DNA from: Azolla caroliniana
Lineage: Eukaryota > Plantae > Polypodiophyta
Assembly (NCBI GenBank): GCA_043228905.1
Contig: JBHGNT010000007.1
Coordinates: 8,432,001 to 8,496,000 of the forward strand
Direction of reading: 5' to 3'
DNA length: 64,000 nt
Part shown: piece by piece, positions 13,067-25,615 of the stretch
Layout: every line of letters begins with the position of its first letter
How positions within the stretch are numbered: position 1 is the stretch's first letter
Position numbers and translations under genes: made by a program
The notes under the pieces: model-generated
What the model was told of the DNA's origin: nothing
Databases searched by the model: none
The model's input: the letters and a program-made list of their open reading frames with translations, nothing else

Positions 13067-16000
13067 ATGTCATGCCAAGTCAAGTTTAACATGCATCTGC
13101 CTCATCTCTTCTTCCTCTTCTTCTTCTTCTTCACCACTATTTCACTATTCCCTTCTTCTTCTTCTTCTTCTTCTTCTTCTTCAGCCCCACCCGCAGGTAA
13201 ATATTCAACAAACTCCCTTAAACCCTACTCCCCCCCACAGATCTATCTTAATTGCATTCCACCCATTTTCCCTTCTTTTCTTTGTTTTTTACTCTTTTTT
13301 TCCCACAGATGTTAATGCATTATGTTCTACTTAGCTTCTGCTTCTGCAAATCTATCTTAATTGCATTCCACCCATTTTCCCCTCTTTTCTTTGTTTTTTA
13401 CTCTTTTTTTCCCCACAGATTTTAATGCATTATGTTCTACTTAGCTTCTGCTTCTGCAAATCTATCTTAATTGCATTCCACCCATTTTTCCTTCTTTTCT
13501 TTGTTTTTATTTATTTATTTTCTCACAGATTTTAATGTATTATATTCTACTTAGCTTCTGATTCTGCGAATCTATAGTAATTTGCATTCCACACATTTTT
13601 CCTTCTTTTTTTATTTTTTATTTTTACAGATTGTAATGCATTATATTTTACTTAGCTTCTTTTCTGCAAATTCCATGTATGCCATTCTTTCTTAGTTTTT
13701 TTTTTTGTCATTGTGTACAGATCTACATATCTTGAGGTTTTCTAAATTCTCTTTTCTTTTTTTGTTTTGTTCTTGTTTTATGTGTTAAAATCTTTCAGCT
13801 CCTGAATCTTCTCCTTCACCAGATTACTATTCATATAGTAGTCCTCCTTCGCAAAATGATTTAGCTCCCGAATCTTCTCCTTCACCAGAGCATCTTTCAT
13901 ATAATAGTTCTCCATCTCCTTCTCCTGAAGAAGAGTATGAAGAAGAGAACGAAGATGAACCTCATGAAGAAGTAGATACTGCTTCCACTGTCAGATGGTG
14001 TGCGATCAGAGACGAATTTTCAGATTGCGAGTATTATATCAGTCTTCTAGAGACAGGAACTTATCGATGGTCATGGTAAGTAAGTAAGTGTTAAAGTTGC
14101 GATTTCTATGGACGGCAGGATCAAGTTTATATATGAACAAATTAAGTACGTGTACAAGTATAGCAATGCTTAAGATCAAGCATATATATTTCTACATAGT
14201 AAGAAGTGTATAAGTTTAGATTTATATGTGGAGATGTAGAAGATCAAGTGTATATATGGACATGGTATGTGTAAGTTTAGAATTTTATATGGAGATGCGT
14301 AAGAAGTGTATGGATGCACATGGTAAATAAGTGTATAAGTTAGAACTATACAAGGAAGTGCATAGGATGAATTGTATATGGAAATGCACAAGAAGTTTAT
14401 AAGTTAGAATCTGATTTGGGAATCCGTAAGAATTGTCTCTGGAGGTGGATGAGAAGCTTATTATGGTGTGCATAAGAGTTTTCTCACATGATGCATGAGG
14501 AGGGTATATGGAGGTTGTAGTAAAGCATGCACGAAGATGCATTGATATTTTTGTTTACTTTCCACGCAATGAACATCATGGCCTAATAAAATGCAATGGG
14601 ATTTGATGGATATTCTTCATTGTTGTCTTTTTCTAGTGTCAGAATGGAGAGTGCGATGGATTGCCTCGAGGCAGTAAGTGCCAAGGAAGCGGATGTCGTC
14701 ACACTCGATGCGGGTCTTGCATATATTGCACTGATGAACTACTCAATCAAGGCCATCATGGCTGAGGAGTACTGTTACCATAAAAAGTCGTATCATGCAG
14801 TTGCAGTTGTGTCCAAGGAAGTATGTGAAAGGAACCCGAGATTGAATTTAGAAGATTTCCGGGGAAAAAGGTCATGCCATCCTGGCTACCGAACAGGAGC
14901 AGGATGGAATTATCCTATTCAATTTATTGTTGAGAGTGGGTTGCAGATACCAGAGCCAGTGTCAATGTCGTCGGATGATAATATGCATGGAGATGAATCT
15001 ATTGTGAGAAGTTTCTTCTCGGAGACGTGTGCTCCGTCGGAATTTGATGGCACTGGTCTATGTACGTCGTGTGGAAACAATGGCTCTTGTGACAATTCTT
15101 TGAGCAGTATCTATCGAGGTTATTCGGGTGCATACCGATGCCTTATGGAAGAAATCGGAGATATTGCTTTCTTGAGATCTGACACTGCTTTACGGCTTTC
15201 AAATGATGGTATGAATGCTCAAAACTGGTCGACAAAGTCCGTTGCCGATTTCATGTAAGTGCTTAAAACACACAATCAATCATCCTCTTTCGTTTAATGG
15301 ACATTCTCATTCTTTGGTTATTAAATCATATCTTGCTTAAATGTGATTTTCATTCATGGTTATAGATACTCAACCTTGATTATTAAGCATTAATGTTTAA
15401 GTTACTCGTTAACTAACTTCGTTTAAGTTTAAACCACTTGAACCGTTCCTAATAGGTTATATCCATTTATTATAGCTAACTGTTATTTTTGCTTCTATGG
15501 CATTTAGGTATCTTTGCCCAAATGGGGGATGCAAGCCTATCAATGATAACATAGGCAGTTGCTCGTAAGAAAAATTCAAAACTTTTTTTGTTGTTGTTCT
15601 CCTCTTGTTCGAAACTATTTTGATTTCCTTCAATTGTGTGCATATCAAATTTTAGATTTGGTTCTGTGCCTTCAAACGTGATAATGACATTCAACTCCCA
15701 GACAAATAAGAAAAGAAGTGCTATTGTGAAAACACTTCTTAATGCAACTTGGGTCGATGCTGTTTATAGTGGGAATAACTCAGAGGATCATGTCTTCTCA
15801 GCAAGGTGAAATATGTAACTCAAATTTTATGTAGTTTTCCCCTTTCATCACTTAACCATATAGTAATTTTCATGTAATGCATGGTTAGCTTTAATATTTT
15901 ACAAAGGTCTCGGTTTCTATGTGGACATGTGGAAAATTCTGAATTACATCTGTGGGTTTTTCTTTGATTTTTCCAAATGCCCTTGGTCAACCTTATCTCA

Positions 16001-16455
16001 AGCAATGATTTGAGTGCTATATGAAAAATTGTATAGTTAATTCATCATTCCCCATTTTCTGAATTATATATGATAATTTTAAATTTTATATGCTCAATTC
16101 TTCCCTTTTTTATCTCTTTTGGGCTGCACTGGGGGCATTTCAAGGTAAATCCAGCAAACCCTGGTAGTTTGGAAATTTTACCCTAAGAACTTATGCCCTA
16201 GTGGTATATTGAATATTTTCAAAATATGTTTTTATTCGTTATCCTTTTTTATTTCTAATGCTCAGTTTTAAATTATCCTTTGATGATGATTTGTTTTTGT
16301 TTCCTCTTTCCCTGAATCGTGGTGAGCATATTCCAGTACTCAGAATCTAGTTGAGATCAAAGAATTGACTAGATCCTATTTGGGAGCATCGGCAACTATC
16401 GCGCAAACTGTATCATCAGTTCATTATGAAAATTCATCTTCTTTCTTGAGCAATG
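13067..16455 (+). CDS. Transferrin-like protein (single lobe, signal peptide, S/P- and E-rich N-terminal linker). Exons 13067-13196, 13799-14075, 14637-15254, 15508-15564, 15656-15805, 16337-16455; last exon not identified
   Basis: All introns are GT-AG and the phases join into an open frame of 450 codons. Transferrin motifs: VRWC, DCLEAV..KEADVVTLDAG, YHAVAVV, GKRSCH.G….AGW..P, FFSETCAP, YRGYSGAYRCL..GDIAF, YLCPNG, VPSN, YLG. Confidence 0.9.
13241..13670 (+). repeat. Tandem repeat of about 110 bp, about 4 copies, in intron 1 of the transferrin-like gene
   Basis: ATCTATCTTAATTGCATTCCACCCATTTT… recurs at about 13241, 13350, 13460 and 13570. Confidence 0.9.
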
Positions 16456-18852
16456 GTATGTTGTTCCTTCCTTTCTTTGCGCAGATGTGATGAGCATAAC
16501 ATGCCCATACCTTATCATATCTTAAGAGCATACATATAATCATACCTTATCATATGTTGAGGCCAAAGACATCACATTACCATATGTTTTAGCGGCATAA
16601 ACATAACCAATCCTTATCATATATTAAGAGCTTACACCAACTATATCTTATCATATGTTGAAGAAAGCTTCTTCTTTTTTAAAACTAGGTAACCATCGAT
16701 TTGGTGGTTTCTCTTGTATCGTATGCTTTGTCATGACCATGGTTTTGGGCAGCATTCATTCACTTGTTCTATGAGAAAATGACAAGAGATATTTGAGGTA
16801 ATTCTATTATCCTGTAGTGTTATCTGAAGGAATCCTAGGCTCTCACACATGGTAATGATGCTATGAAATTTCTGAATGAAAGGGTGTGTTTTTGTTTCAG
16901 GATTGGATTTGGACCAACTATTCCAAATTCGCTGAAACATTGAGACTAAACGTTAATTTTCAGAAACCAATGCCATTAAAACTGACATCCAACTCTTCTA
17001 TGTAATTTTTTTCTTCTTTATCTTTTCTCTTTGTAATCCCACAAACTCCTTGCATTTGCTCCCTCTTGCTCTGCCTGCCGTTCTCTGAAGAGTAGTACCA
17101 CATGACATGTGTTTTAATGTTGTGTTTCCCAATGTCAATTATTTTCAACCCAATATGGTTAGTATGCATGATCTCAAACCAAAGTATTATAAAAGATTTC
17201 CTGTAATGAAATCTATATCACATGCATTGCTCAATAGTTAAAGCTGCTATCTCAAGGTTGCAAATGCACAAGCACTGCACCATCTCCTCTTTAAAAATTT
17301 TGATAAGAGAAGTCCGGGAATCTAAAAGGAGTACCTTGTTGCTTGTAATATGATCAAGAGAATCTGCAGCCTATAAGTACTTTATTACATCTCACAAGCG
17401 AATGGGAATAAATGAGTGCTTTGATGCATATGAATGAAGAGAGTGAGAATCTTTAATCTTGTGAGCATATGACAATATGCATAATTTGTTGCCCTAGATT
17501 TGTTATTTTGTAGTAATAGAACATGCTTGGTGAGCAATGTTGGTAGTCCGAAAATAAAGAACTCAATTCTCTTATTAAACTTATTTTAAGGTCATTAATG
17601 AGAGTGTGCCATAAGAAAACAATGTATATGTGTAACCTGGTTAAGACATCGTTTACCACAGTTGTTGGGGATATGAGATCGATGCTTGAAGTTGTGGGTG
17701 AGCTTTTTGTAAGCTCTTGAGGCAAACTTTGTCAACCTTGGGGAGGAGCAAAGGGGTTAATAAGGAGGATGTTGTAGGCATCATAATGAGCTAGAAGGAT
17801 GCTAAACTTGTGCAGTTATTTTCCTCAAGAACGGAGGAGAAAGTGGGATTTAAAGAGGGGTAAGGAGTTTTCAGCTTCCTTGAAACTATGAGGAGTAAAG
17901 GGTAAACCCCCTTTGTGTGCACCTCGTTTTCGATGTAGAACACATAATAGGAAGGAACATCGAGTATAGCTAGAACATCAAGCACTGAGCACTATAATAT
18001 GCATATTCATGGACCAATTGGAAGGAAAATAAGAGGACTTGAGAATTTGGGGGCACAATCAATCACCAACACTTCATTGTATATGAATTGGATTCATGCA
18101 CTATTATGGCAAGCTAAACCTCTTTCACATTGTCACGAGAATGCACACATGCATGTGAAATGTGAGTAGAACCACCACAAACTTGGATGAAAGAGGATAG
18201 GATGGACTTGAGCACTCTCCTTTGGGCCTTGAAATTTCTTTTAACTCTTTTTGTATACTTGTTTGTGTGTGAGGACGTGTGTGCAAGAAGTATTTGTTTT
18301 GTGTGTGAAAGTGTGCTTTGATGTTTAATTTTGAAGGGATGCATTTAGGCAAGTGCGTGAAAGTGTCTGGCTCTTAAGTGTTTATAGTTCTTGTGTGTTT
18401 TATGTGTAAAACAATGTGTTGGTTTGATGAATATTATTGTGCAAGGGGGTATATGTGAGTTCTAAATATTAATGTGTGTTTTGCAAGTGTTCAGGTCAAT
18501 GTTTTTATGTGTGTGTGAATACACACATGTTTGTTTTAATGTGTTGGTCGGTTGGAGGGGTATTTGGGGAAATAGAAAAGGCCTAAGTGTTTGTGGATAG
18601 GGTCGTAATGTTTTTCATAAAGTGTGAAGTGTAGATAGCAAACGTGGTGACAACAACAATGTTGCTCAAAGTGTGTCGGCAACAACAATAGCTGCAACAC
18701 TAGTGGCAACGACAATAGCATCAGCTACAACTGCAACCGGGTTGATAAGATTGTAAAAGAATATGTGCGGAAGCTTATGCGACACACAAAAAGCACAATT
18801 GGTTATTCAGAAAAACAACAGTTATGTAAACATAGAGAATGTAGATGCACAG

Positions 18853-18896
<44 letters not shown>

Positions 18897-19248
18897 CAAC
18901 AAAATACTTGATTCAAAAAATCAATACTCTGTAGCTCAGTGAGCACTTTAAATATGATTCCTCACTATGGGCGGCCAAGTACTGATAAGTTCTTGAGTGC
19001 TCATTACTGACACTGAATCCCAAAATTATTCCTATGAGGAATATTGGTCCTATCAGCCTATTGGCTCCCCATTGATCCGGCTCTTGGCTTCTTTAGCCGA
19101 TCCGGCCCCATGTTGAGCTTGCTCGCTCAACACTCCCCATCAAGCTCAACTTGAGGTCGGTTCCTTGTGTCAGCATCCGCTAGTTCTTGCTTCAGGCTCT
19201 TCCTGGCGTCATCATGCTTTGCTCGCGCTCGTCGTTCAGTCCGGTCTT

Positions 19249-19285
19249 AACACCGGGTCATTTGAAACAGGTAATATGTCGTATT
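19249..19285 (+). repeat. Left terminal inverted repeat
   Basis: AACACCGGGTCATTTGAAACAGGTAATATGTCGTATT. Confidence 0.92.
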
Positions 19286-20011
19286 CTCTTTTGGCATAGT
19301 TGGCCAGATGTAGAAAAGTACCCTATTTTAGCCTGATATCGAAAATATACGATGCATGCGTACCCCTTTTGCGACTTGATGGTTAAATATAGAACAAAAA
19401 AAACCTAGCAATTACTAAATTGTATATGTGTCCACATTCGTGTCAATTTGCATATCATGGGGCACAATTGAAGACTTGGTTCAATATAAAGTTCTAAAAT
19501 TGGTATCCATATTCAAATTGTAGAGTAAAACTACATAAACCGTAATTATAAATATGTGGTTTTGGGTTTAGGAATAAAGTAGTACCCCACTTGTTGGACG
19601 GGTATATCGATAGTTTCATTGTATAATGTCATATAGTTCATGACAATGTAATTGGTAAGAGTAACAATTACGTACGACATTCATTTATACTATGTGGAAC
19701 CAGTAGACTTGAACCGTAGGTAACTAAAAACCTCTTATTATAAAAAACATTCACCTTTTCATATACAATCATGCTAACGGAAATGAGAAATTACAATATC
19801 ATGTTAATATCTCAAATTGAAGAAGAGCATGGTGACCGATTATATGTAAATACAAACTACGGTTCCAATAATGATTAAAAAGGGAAATTATGAACAGGTG
19901 AATTTAATTAAACGATAAACAATTACAGATGTTCTCATATACAAATATAATATGAAGTGATGGTGAACATTATGCCTCAAAATCCTCAATTTTTACATTA
20001 CGCCATCTACA

Positions 20012-21762
20012 TCAATCTATAAGCAAATCAGGCAGAGCAGGCTCCTCTGGCGCTGATTGTTCTAGACTGTTTTCATTCGTGTCATCTCCAAGCTCTCCCG
20101 AATCTGATGTATGGTCAAACTGTGCTACATATTCTAGGTCCACTAGCTCCCTTGCTTCTTCATCAATTGGTTCCATTGGTTCTCGTGAAGTCATTTGGAA
20201 CATCTCTGTCTCGTTGATGTGTTTTGCTCCGACTTCTTGATCCTGATCTGGACAGTCCCATATTCCTGTGATCCACATTTTGATGAAGTTAACTTGAGCA
20301 GGGTCCTTCTCCAATGCAACACAGTTTCTAAACATCTTCAATGCACAAGCTGTCGTTGTACCTAATGGTCGCATGAACACAAACAAGTATATATAAGAAG
20401 TAACGTCTTAAACTTGATCGACAAGATTGAAATTAAATATATATATTATACCTGTGCCAGAGAACAAGTCTAGGACCCAATCATCTGGATTCGAGAAGAG
20501 CTCTATGAGGCGGTTGATCAATCTTTGAGGTTTTTGATAAGGGTTCACCATACTTTTATCCCCTGACACATGTCTTAATTTTTTGGTTACAGCTGGGCAC
20601 ATGATGTAGTTAACCACGTTACGCTCATTGACATGTGCTCTAGCCTTCTTCTTTGTAATTGAATCATAGTAGCCCACACAAAAATGTTCGACCGCACTAA
20701 CCATTCGATCGCCAGGGCTACGTGTAATATTTGTTTTGATCCTATAGAGAAAGAAAATCAAGTATTAGAGGTGTAAATGTGTACATATAATAAGAAGTAC
20801 TGTAATGAGTAAAAGCGAACTATAACGCACCAATGCATGTGTTCAGTGGCATGACAACGGGACTTCAAAGCTGTTGTGACTGACAGTGATTGCCCCATGC
20901 TATGAAATATGACTATCCTCCACAAGGGGGCCAATGTCAGTTCTGCGAAATCCTTTACCATTTTCTCGATCTGAGGGTACTTGAAAGGCACATCATCATA
21001 TGTTGATCCCGCAATACGGAAACCATATGGTATGTCAGCTATCAGCAAAGTGTAGTGCCTTCTCGGTAACAGTTTGAGCATCTGGGATACTTCGCCATTG
21101 AAAACACTATAATGAAGCTGTTTGAAAGGATCGGACCTATGCAAAAAACTCTTTACAGTCTCCGAATCCTCGGGCAGTTCCATTTCCTTCCCTTTGGTCA
21201 TTCTCTTCTCATATTTCACACGTTCTAAGTGTGTCATGAAGGCCGCTGGAATACTGTCATTATTGTCGTTGTTCTTTTTCGATTTTGATGGTTTCTGCAA
21301 GTGTCATTGTTGTTAGCAGGGAACATTACTTTCTAACATATCAACATTCAAAAGACACATACCCATTCTCTAAATACAATAAAATATTCCTCCAATGCCT
21401 TGTAGGAAGAAGTTATCGGGCAGGCTTGTTCAACTTCTTCCCATGTCGGTAAACTCAGTTTTTGCATCATCAACTCCTGAATCTTCATGTATACCTTGTG
21501 ACTGCACAGTCAATATGAAATTAGAAATAAGATATTCAAAATAATTGAAGACTTTCATGAAAAGGTATACTATAAACACTTACTTTTGCAAGTCTGTTAC
21601 CATCTCGTCCAAACTAAATTCCTTGGCGACCACTCGAGATAGCACGGATATTAACAATCTATCATCTTTGATACCTTGTAATGATCTCCAAGGTAAAAGT
21701 TTCATGTCCTCTGCTAACTCCTCGATTACCAAGTCGCTTTTTCCCTTGGTCTTTGATTTCAT
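20012..21762 (-). CDS. Beta-class N6-adenine/N4-cytosine DNA methyltransferase (N6_N4_Mtase type), spliced: 21762-21584, 21501-21363, 21294-20831, 20741-20452, 20361-20012
   Basis: Four GT-AG introns (82, 68, 89, 90 bp) join into an open 473-aa frame. Catalytic motif LLIADIPYG precedes W-I-K, NPYQKP..LI.RLI..FSNPDD.VLDLFSGTGTT…R.CVALEKD (SAM-binding), which is the beta permutation. Acidic tail. Confidence 0.88.
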
Positions 21763-21817
21763 CTCAACTTGTGGATCAATTCTTCCCTTTTTTGATCTTT
21801 TGTTTCAGGTCGAAGAG

Positions 21818-22681
21818 CTACCAAGAGCTAACGTACGGCCGAAGAGCTACCAACAAGTTATTTTTCGTTTGCAGGTCTTTACGCAAAGCCTTGGGATTGC
21901 AAGATTCGGGTACTAGGTTTCCCTCATCAAGTCGCAATCGCCTGTTGCCAACTGAGTTCGAGACGTCGATTAAAATACTTGTAGAGTCAATGTCTTCGTA
22001 CTCTAGCTTGGTTACATGCCCGTAATTAAATGTTTTTCCAAGCTGAAGTTTCCCTTCCCCGTCCGATTTTGCCGTTATCAATAACAACACCCCATCCTCC
22101 TCGACATAAGAGAGACACCATTCAAGTTCGGGGTAATCCTTATATTTCACCTCAACCATTTTCTCCTCTTGCGTACTACCTTTGTTGATTTTGGTAGTAG
22201 CCACAGATGACTTGGATCCTCCCCCCGTTGAGTCAAATAAAATCTTTTTACTCGTGTCCTTGATGAAGGAGCCAGAATCTCGTTTTGTCGGAGATCGAAT
22301 CTTCAATCTAAATGAAGGAACTTTTTGTCTGGGTTCACTGAAATTAAAAACGTTGGTGAAAACATAGAAACAACGTACAATTTTATCTAAATCACGCAAA
22401 TTATCATTTAAATTACGTCAATTTTATGGTCCCATGTGATAGTTTTTTATCGCAAAAACAACATTTTTTATAACCAAAATCCGCTGCAGTGCATCGGATT
22501 TTGGTTGAAAGGCACGGATTTTGGTTGAAGGTCCTGCCTTTCAGAATTGCTTTCCAAGTTCGTTGTACAAAATAAAATAAAATTTCTATGTGTTGAGGAA
22601 AGGAATCTTTAAGGAATCTTTAGGAATCTTAAAAAATGTAATGAATATTACTAACCTGACGATTTTCTTTCCCTTGTTCAT
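21818..22681 (-). pseudogene. 5' exons of the methyltransferase gene (22681-22656 and 22337 to about 21820), disconnected from the MTase exons by a local duplication/frameshift
   Basis: ATG at 22681 gives MNKGKKIV|SEPRQK… across a phase-matched GT-AG intron. GAAGAGCTACCAA is duplicated at 21812 and 21841, where the frame breaks. Confidence 0.6.
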
Positions 22682-22978
22682 GGTTCGTGCCGGAGGTAGT
22701 GCTGTCGACGATGTGCTTCTGAGTGCTCGAAAATTGGCCTGTGCTCTGAGCTCGATGGATTCTTTCACGTGATAATGAAAATGAAATTTCTAACCTCCTT
22801 ATATAGAAGACTTTAGCATTCTTTTTAAAATAAAAAATAATTTTTAATTATTTGTTTTTTAGGAAAATTTCGGAAAATAATATAGTTAATCTAAGTGTTC
22901 GGGTAGTTATATAGTTAGACTTTAGCATTCCTTAATTTTCTCAAAAGAAGGTTTTAGAATACAGTTAGACTCCCTCAA
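22682..22978. promoter_or_regulatory. Putative bidirectional promoter between the MTase and transposase genes
   Basis: AT-rich gap of about 300 bp. TTATATAG(N2-3)GACTTTAGCATTC occurs twice (about 22799-22821 and 22908-22930). Confidence 0.45.
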
Positions 22979-25615
22979 ATGTCTTCTTCTACAAGTAGAA
23001 CATCTCTTTTTTCTATTGCCCCATTCTCATTGTCAGACAACTCGTATTTCTCAATAGAAGAGTACGACCACAAAAAACATTCGCGGCTTAAACAGAAAAG
23101 TGTGGCTCCTAGTACTTCGAATTCTCTGTTTTCAATTGATCCTGTTGATGGCCCTCTTCATGCAAGCTTACAAGCGGACGATTCTTCGTCGATAGATAAC
23201 AATAGCATTACTAAACCTCTAGCATTTAAAAGAGTTCCTCGACAAGTTAGTGAAAAGAGATTTAATTTCTTATGTTCTGATCGTCAACTTCTATGCGACT
23301 TGAACAAATCGTGTTGTGCGAATCTCTGTCTATCAACTTATGGAAAGTCAAGGTTACGTGAAACACGACAAAAATACTTGTCGCTTAATGGGGAAGAGCA
23401 AGATACATTTCTTCTTTCGCATATGCAACTTAAATTGGATCACAAAGCAGGGCCTAATTCAACGCAAGTTGAATATTTCCTTGGACTAAATACCAAGTGT
23501 TGTCGAGCAGCTTTTAAAATCACTCATAGCATTGGAAATATGCGGCTGCAACGAGTTCAAGAGCGACTTCTGAAGGGCTCCTGGGTACAGTTCGATCAAA
23601 ATGGTTCTGGATGTAAGGGTCAAATTGGGCAACAGGCAATTAGGTGGATGGAGGTATATTTTTCAAAACAGTGCGAAGTTATGCCAACGACAGGAAGACT
23701 TCATTTGTCAGATAACTTTACTCGAAGGGAAGTTTACCAATCGTATAAGGACGACATGTCTTCCGATGTTGAGCCTTACATATAGTACAAGAATTTTAAT
23801 CGACTATGGAGGTTACAATTTAATAACGTGGTTATCCCACGAAAGGAGCGAATGGGAGTCTGCTCAATATGTGCGAGTTTAAAAAGTATGGCCAAGGGTG
23901 GAAAATCAGATGTAGAGATCAAGAATTACAAGAACCTGTTAAAAGAACATCGTGAAAGTCAGGCATTGGAACGTACTAAGGCTATGCATCACCGACAAAA
24001 AGCGTTTCAATCTCCCGAAAAGTATATGTGCATGATCATTGACGGCATGGATCAAAAGAAAACTTGTTTGCCGCATTTTCAAAGACTCCCCAAGGATATT
24101 GGAGATGAGTGTCTCGTGCAAATGCATCTAGTGGGTTGTTTGACATACTGTCAAACTATAAGACCGCAACTGTTCTTAACTTATCCCAATATCCACAACG
24201 ACCCTAATCTTACTGTCACTGTCATGCACAGGGTATTGCAATCATGGTCAGGTATACTCCCGCCAGTTCTATATGTGCAACTAGACAACACAGCAATAGA
24301 GAATAAGAACTCAACTGTCTTCGGCTATCTAAGCATGCTAGTAGAGAGGGGCATATTTAAAAAGATAAAGGTTAACTTCTTGTTGGTTGGTCATACCCAT
24401 GATCACATAGATCAAATGTTCAGTAGGTTCTCAAAGAAACTTGCTCGCTGTAATGCTTTCACACTTCCCACGCTATCCAAATTGATTAGTGAAGCATATA
24501 CACCAAAGCCTGAAGTACAACACTTGGAAGAAGTATACGACCTTAAACGTTTCTGCATGGATAGTGACGGGACTAAAGGTAGGGTGCTTGCACCTCTTAA
24601 TAATATAAGTTTCAACCATGTCTTCCTCATAAAACAAAGATCGGCCCACCTGAAGATGACGGTGTTGTTTGCGAAACAATACTCATCTAGTGCACAATGG
24701 GAGCCCCAAGAAGGTTGTAGGCTCCTTCTTCATATCCCAGATGAACCTCTACATGGTGCACAACAAATGCCATATGATGATCGTAAAAATGTAGCACCAA
24801 ATAGTACTATTGATGAACAAAGGGCATATTGGTTGAGATGTCTAGCAGAGAAACAAAATAATATTGATCGGACTAAGAAGTATGCCGGTGATGAGGATGT
24901 TGAATGGTGGGAGATTTTCTTCACCCATCAACGCACCATTTTAGATAATTACATCGCTGGTTTATGGCCAATCCGTATCCCATTCACATGGAACATTGGG
25001 ATGACATCAACGATATCGCAGACTCATCACCAACAATCGAATAATATGGAGCTTCATGATTTAGTTCGGCCACTACAAAGAGATATTTATGTGGGACCAA
25101 GAAAGTCACGTACTGTTGAGGCAAGATGGCAAGGTAATTTGCAAGAACTACAAGTGGGAATGTTGGTTGCAACATTAGCAGGGGACGATACCTTGGGCCA
25201 TCCATTTTGGATTGCAAAAATTATTGAATTAGTAAGGGATGAAGAAAGTAGTCAGACAAAGTCAATAGTAGTCCATTGGTATCAGACAAATTCAACTGAT
25301 GCATTTACAGGAAAGTATTCTTTAGAGATGGTTAAGGATGTCGGATGTTCAAGCAGAAAGAGAAGAAGAAAGAATATACCGAGCATGGCAACTCTCGCAC
25401 TAGACCGTGTTGACATACTAGTATATGACTTCTCAGACAAGCAACTAAGACAAGCAACTATCAAGATAATAAAGGAGAAAATCCCAAACATGGTGTCAAA
25501 TAAAATACAGAGAATAACCAGAAGCAATTCTCATAACCACAAAGATGTTGGGTTGGAATTGGATGAGGATAATGCTTTGATTGCCACTGATGATGAGGAT
25601 GAGACGTCAGAATGA
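22979..25615 (+). pseudogene. Sola-like DDD transposase, 878 codons, with one in-frame TAG at 23783-23785
   Basis: ORFs 22979-23785 and 23828-25615 share a frame and read through (PYI*YKNFNRLWRLQFNNVVIPRK…CSIC). Candidate acidic triad in IIDGMDQ, LYVQLDN..ENKN and FLLVGHTHDHIDQMFS; Cys-rich N-terminus. The superfamily call rests on remembered motifs plus the 4-bp TSD. Confidence 0.8.

Noticed and set aside
12923-13334. Unspliced ORFs of 130 and 127 aa
   Set aside because: Microsatellite-rich 5' UTR plus exon 1 running into intron 1 of the transferrin-like gene.
20012-21762. Bacterial contamination as the source of the MTase
   Set aside because: The gene has GT-AG introns and lies within TIRs and a TSD inside a plant-type retrotransposon.
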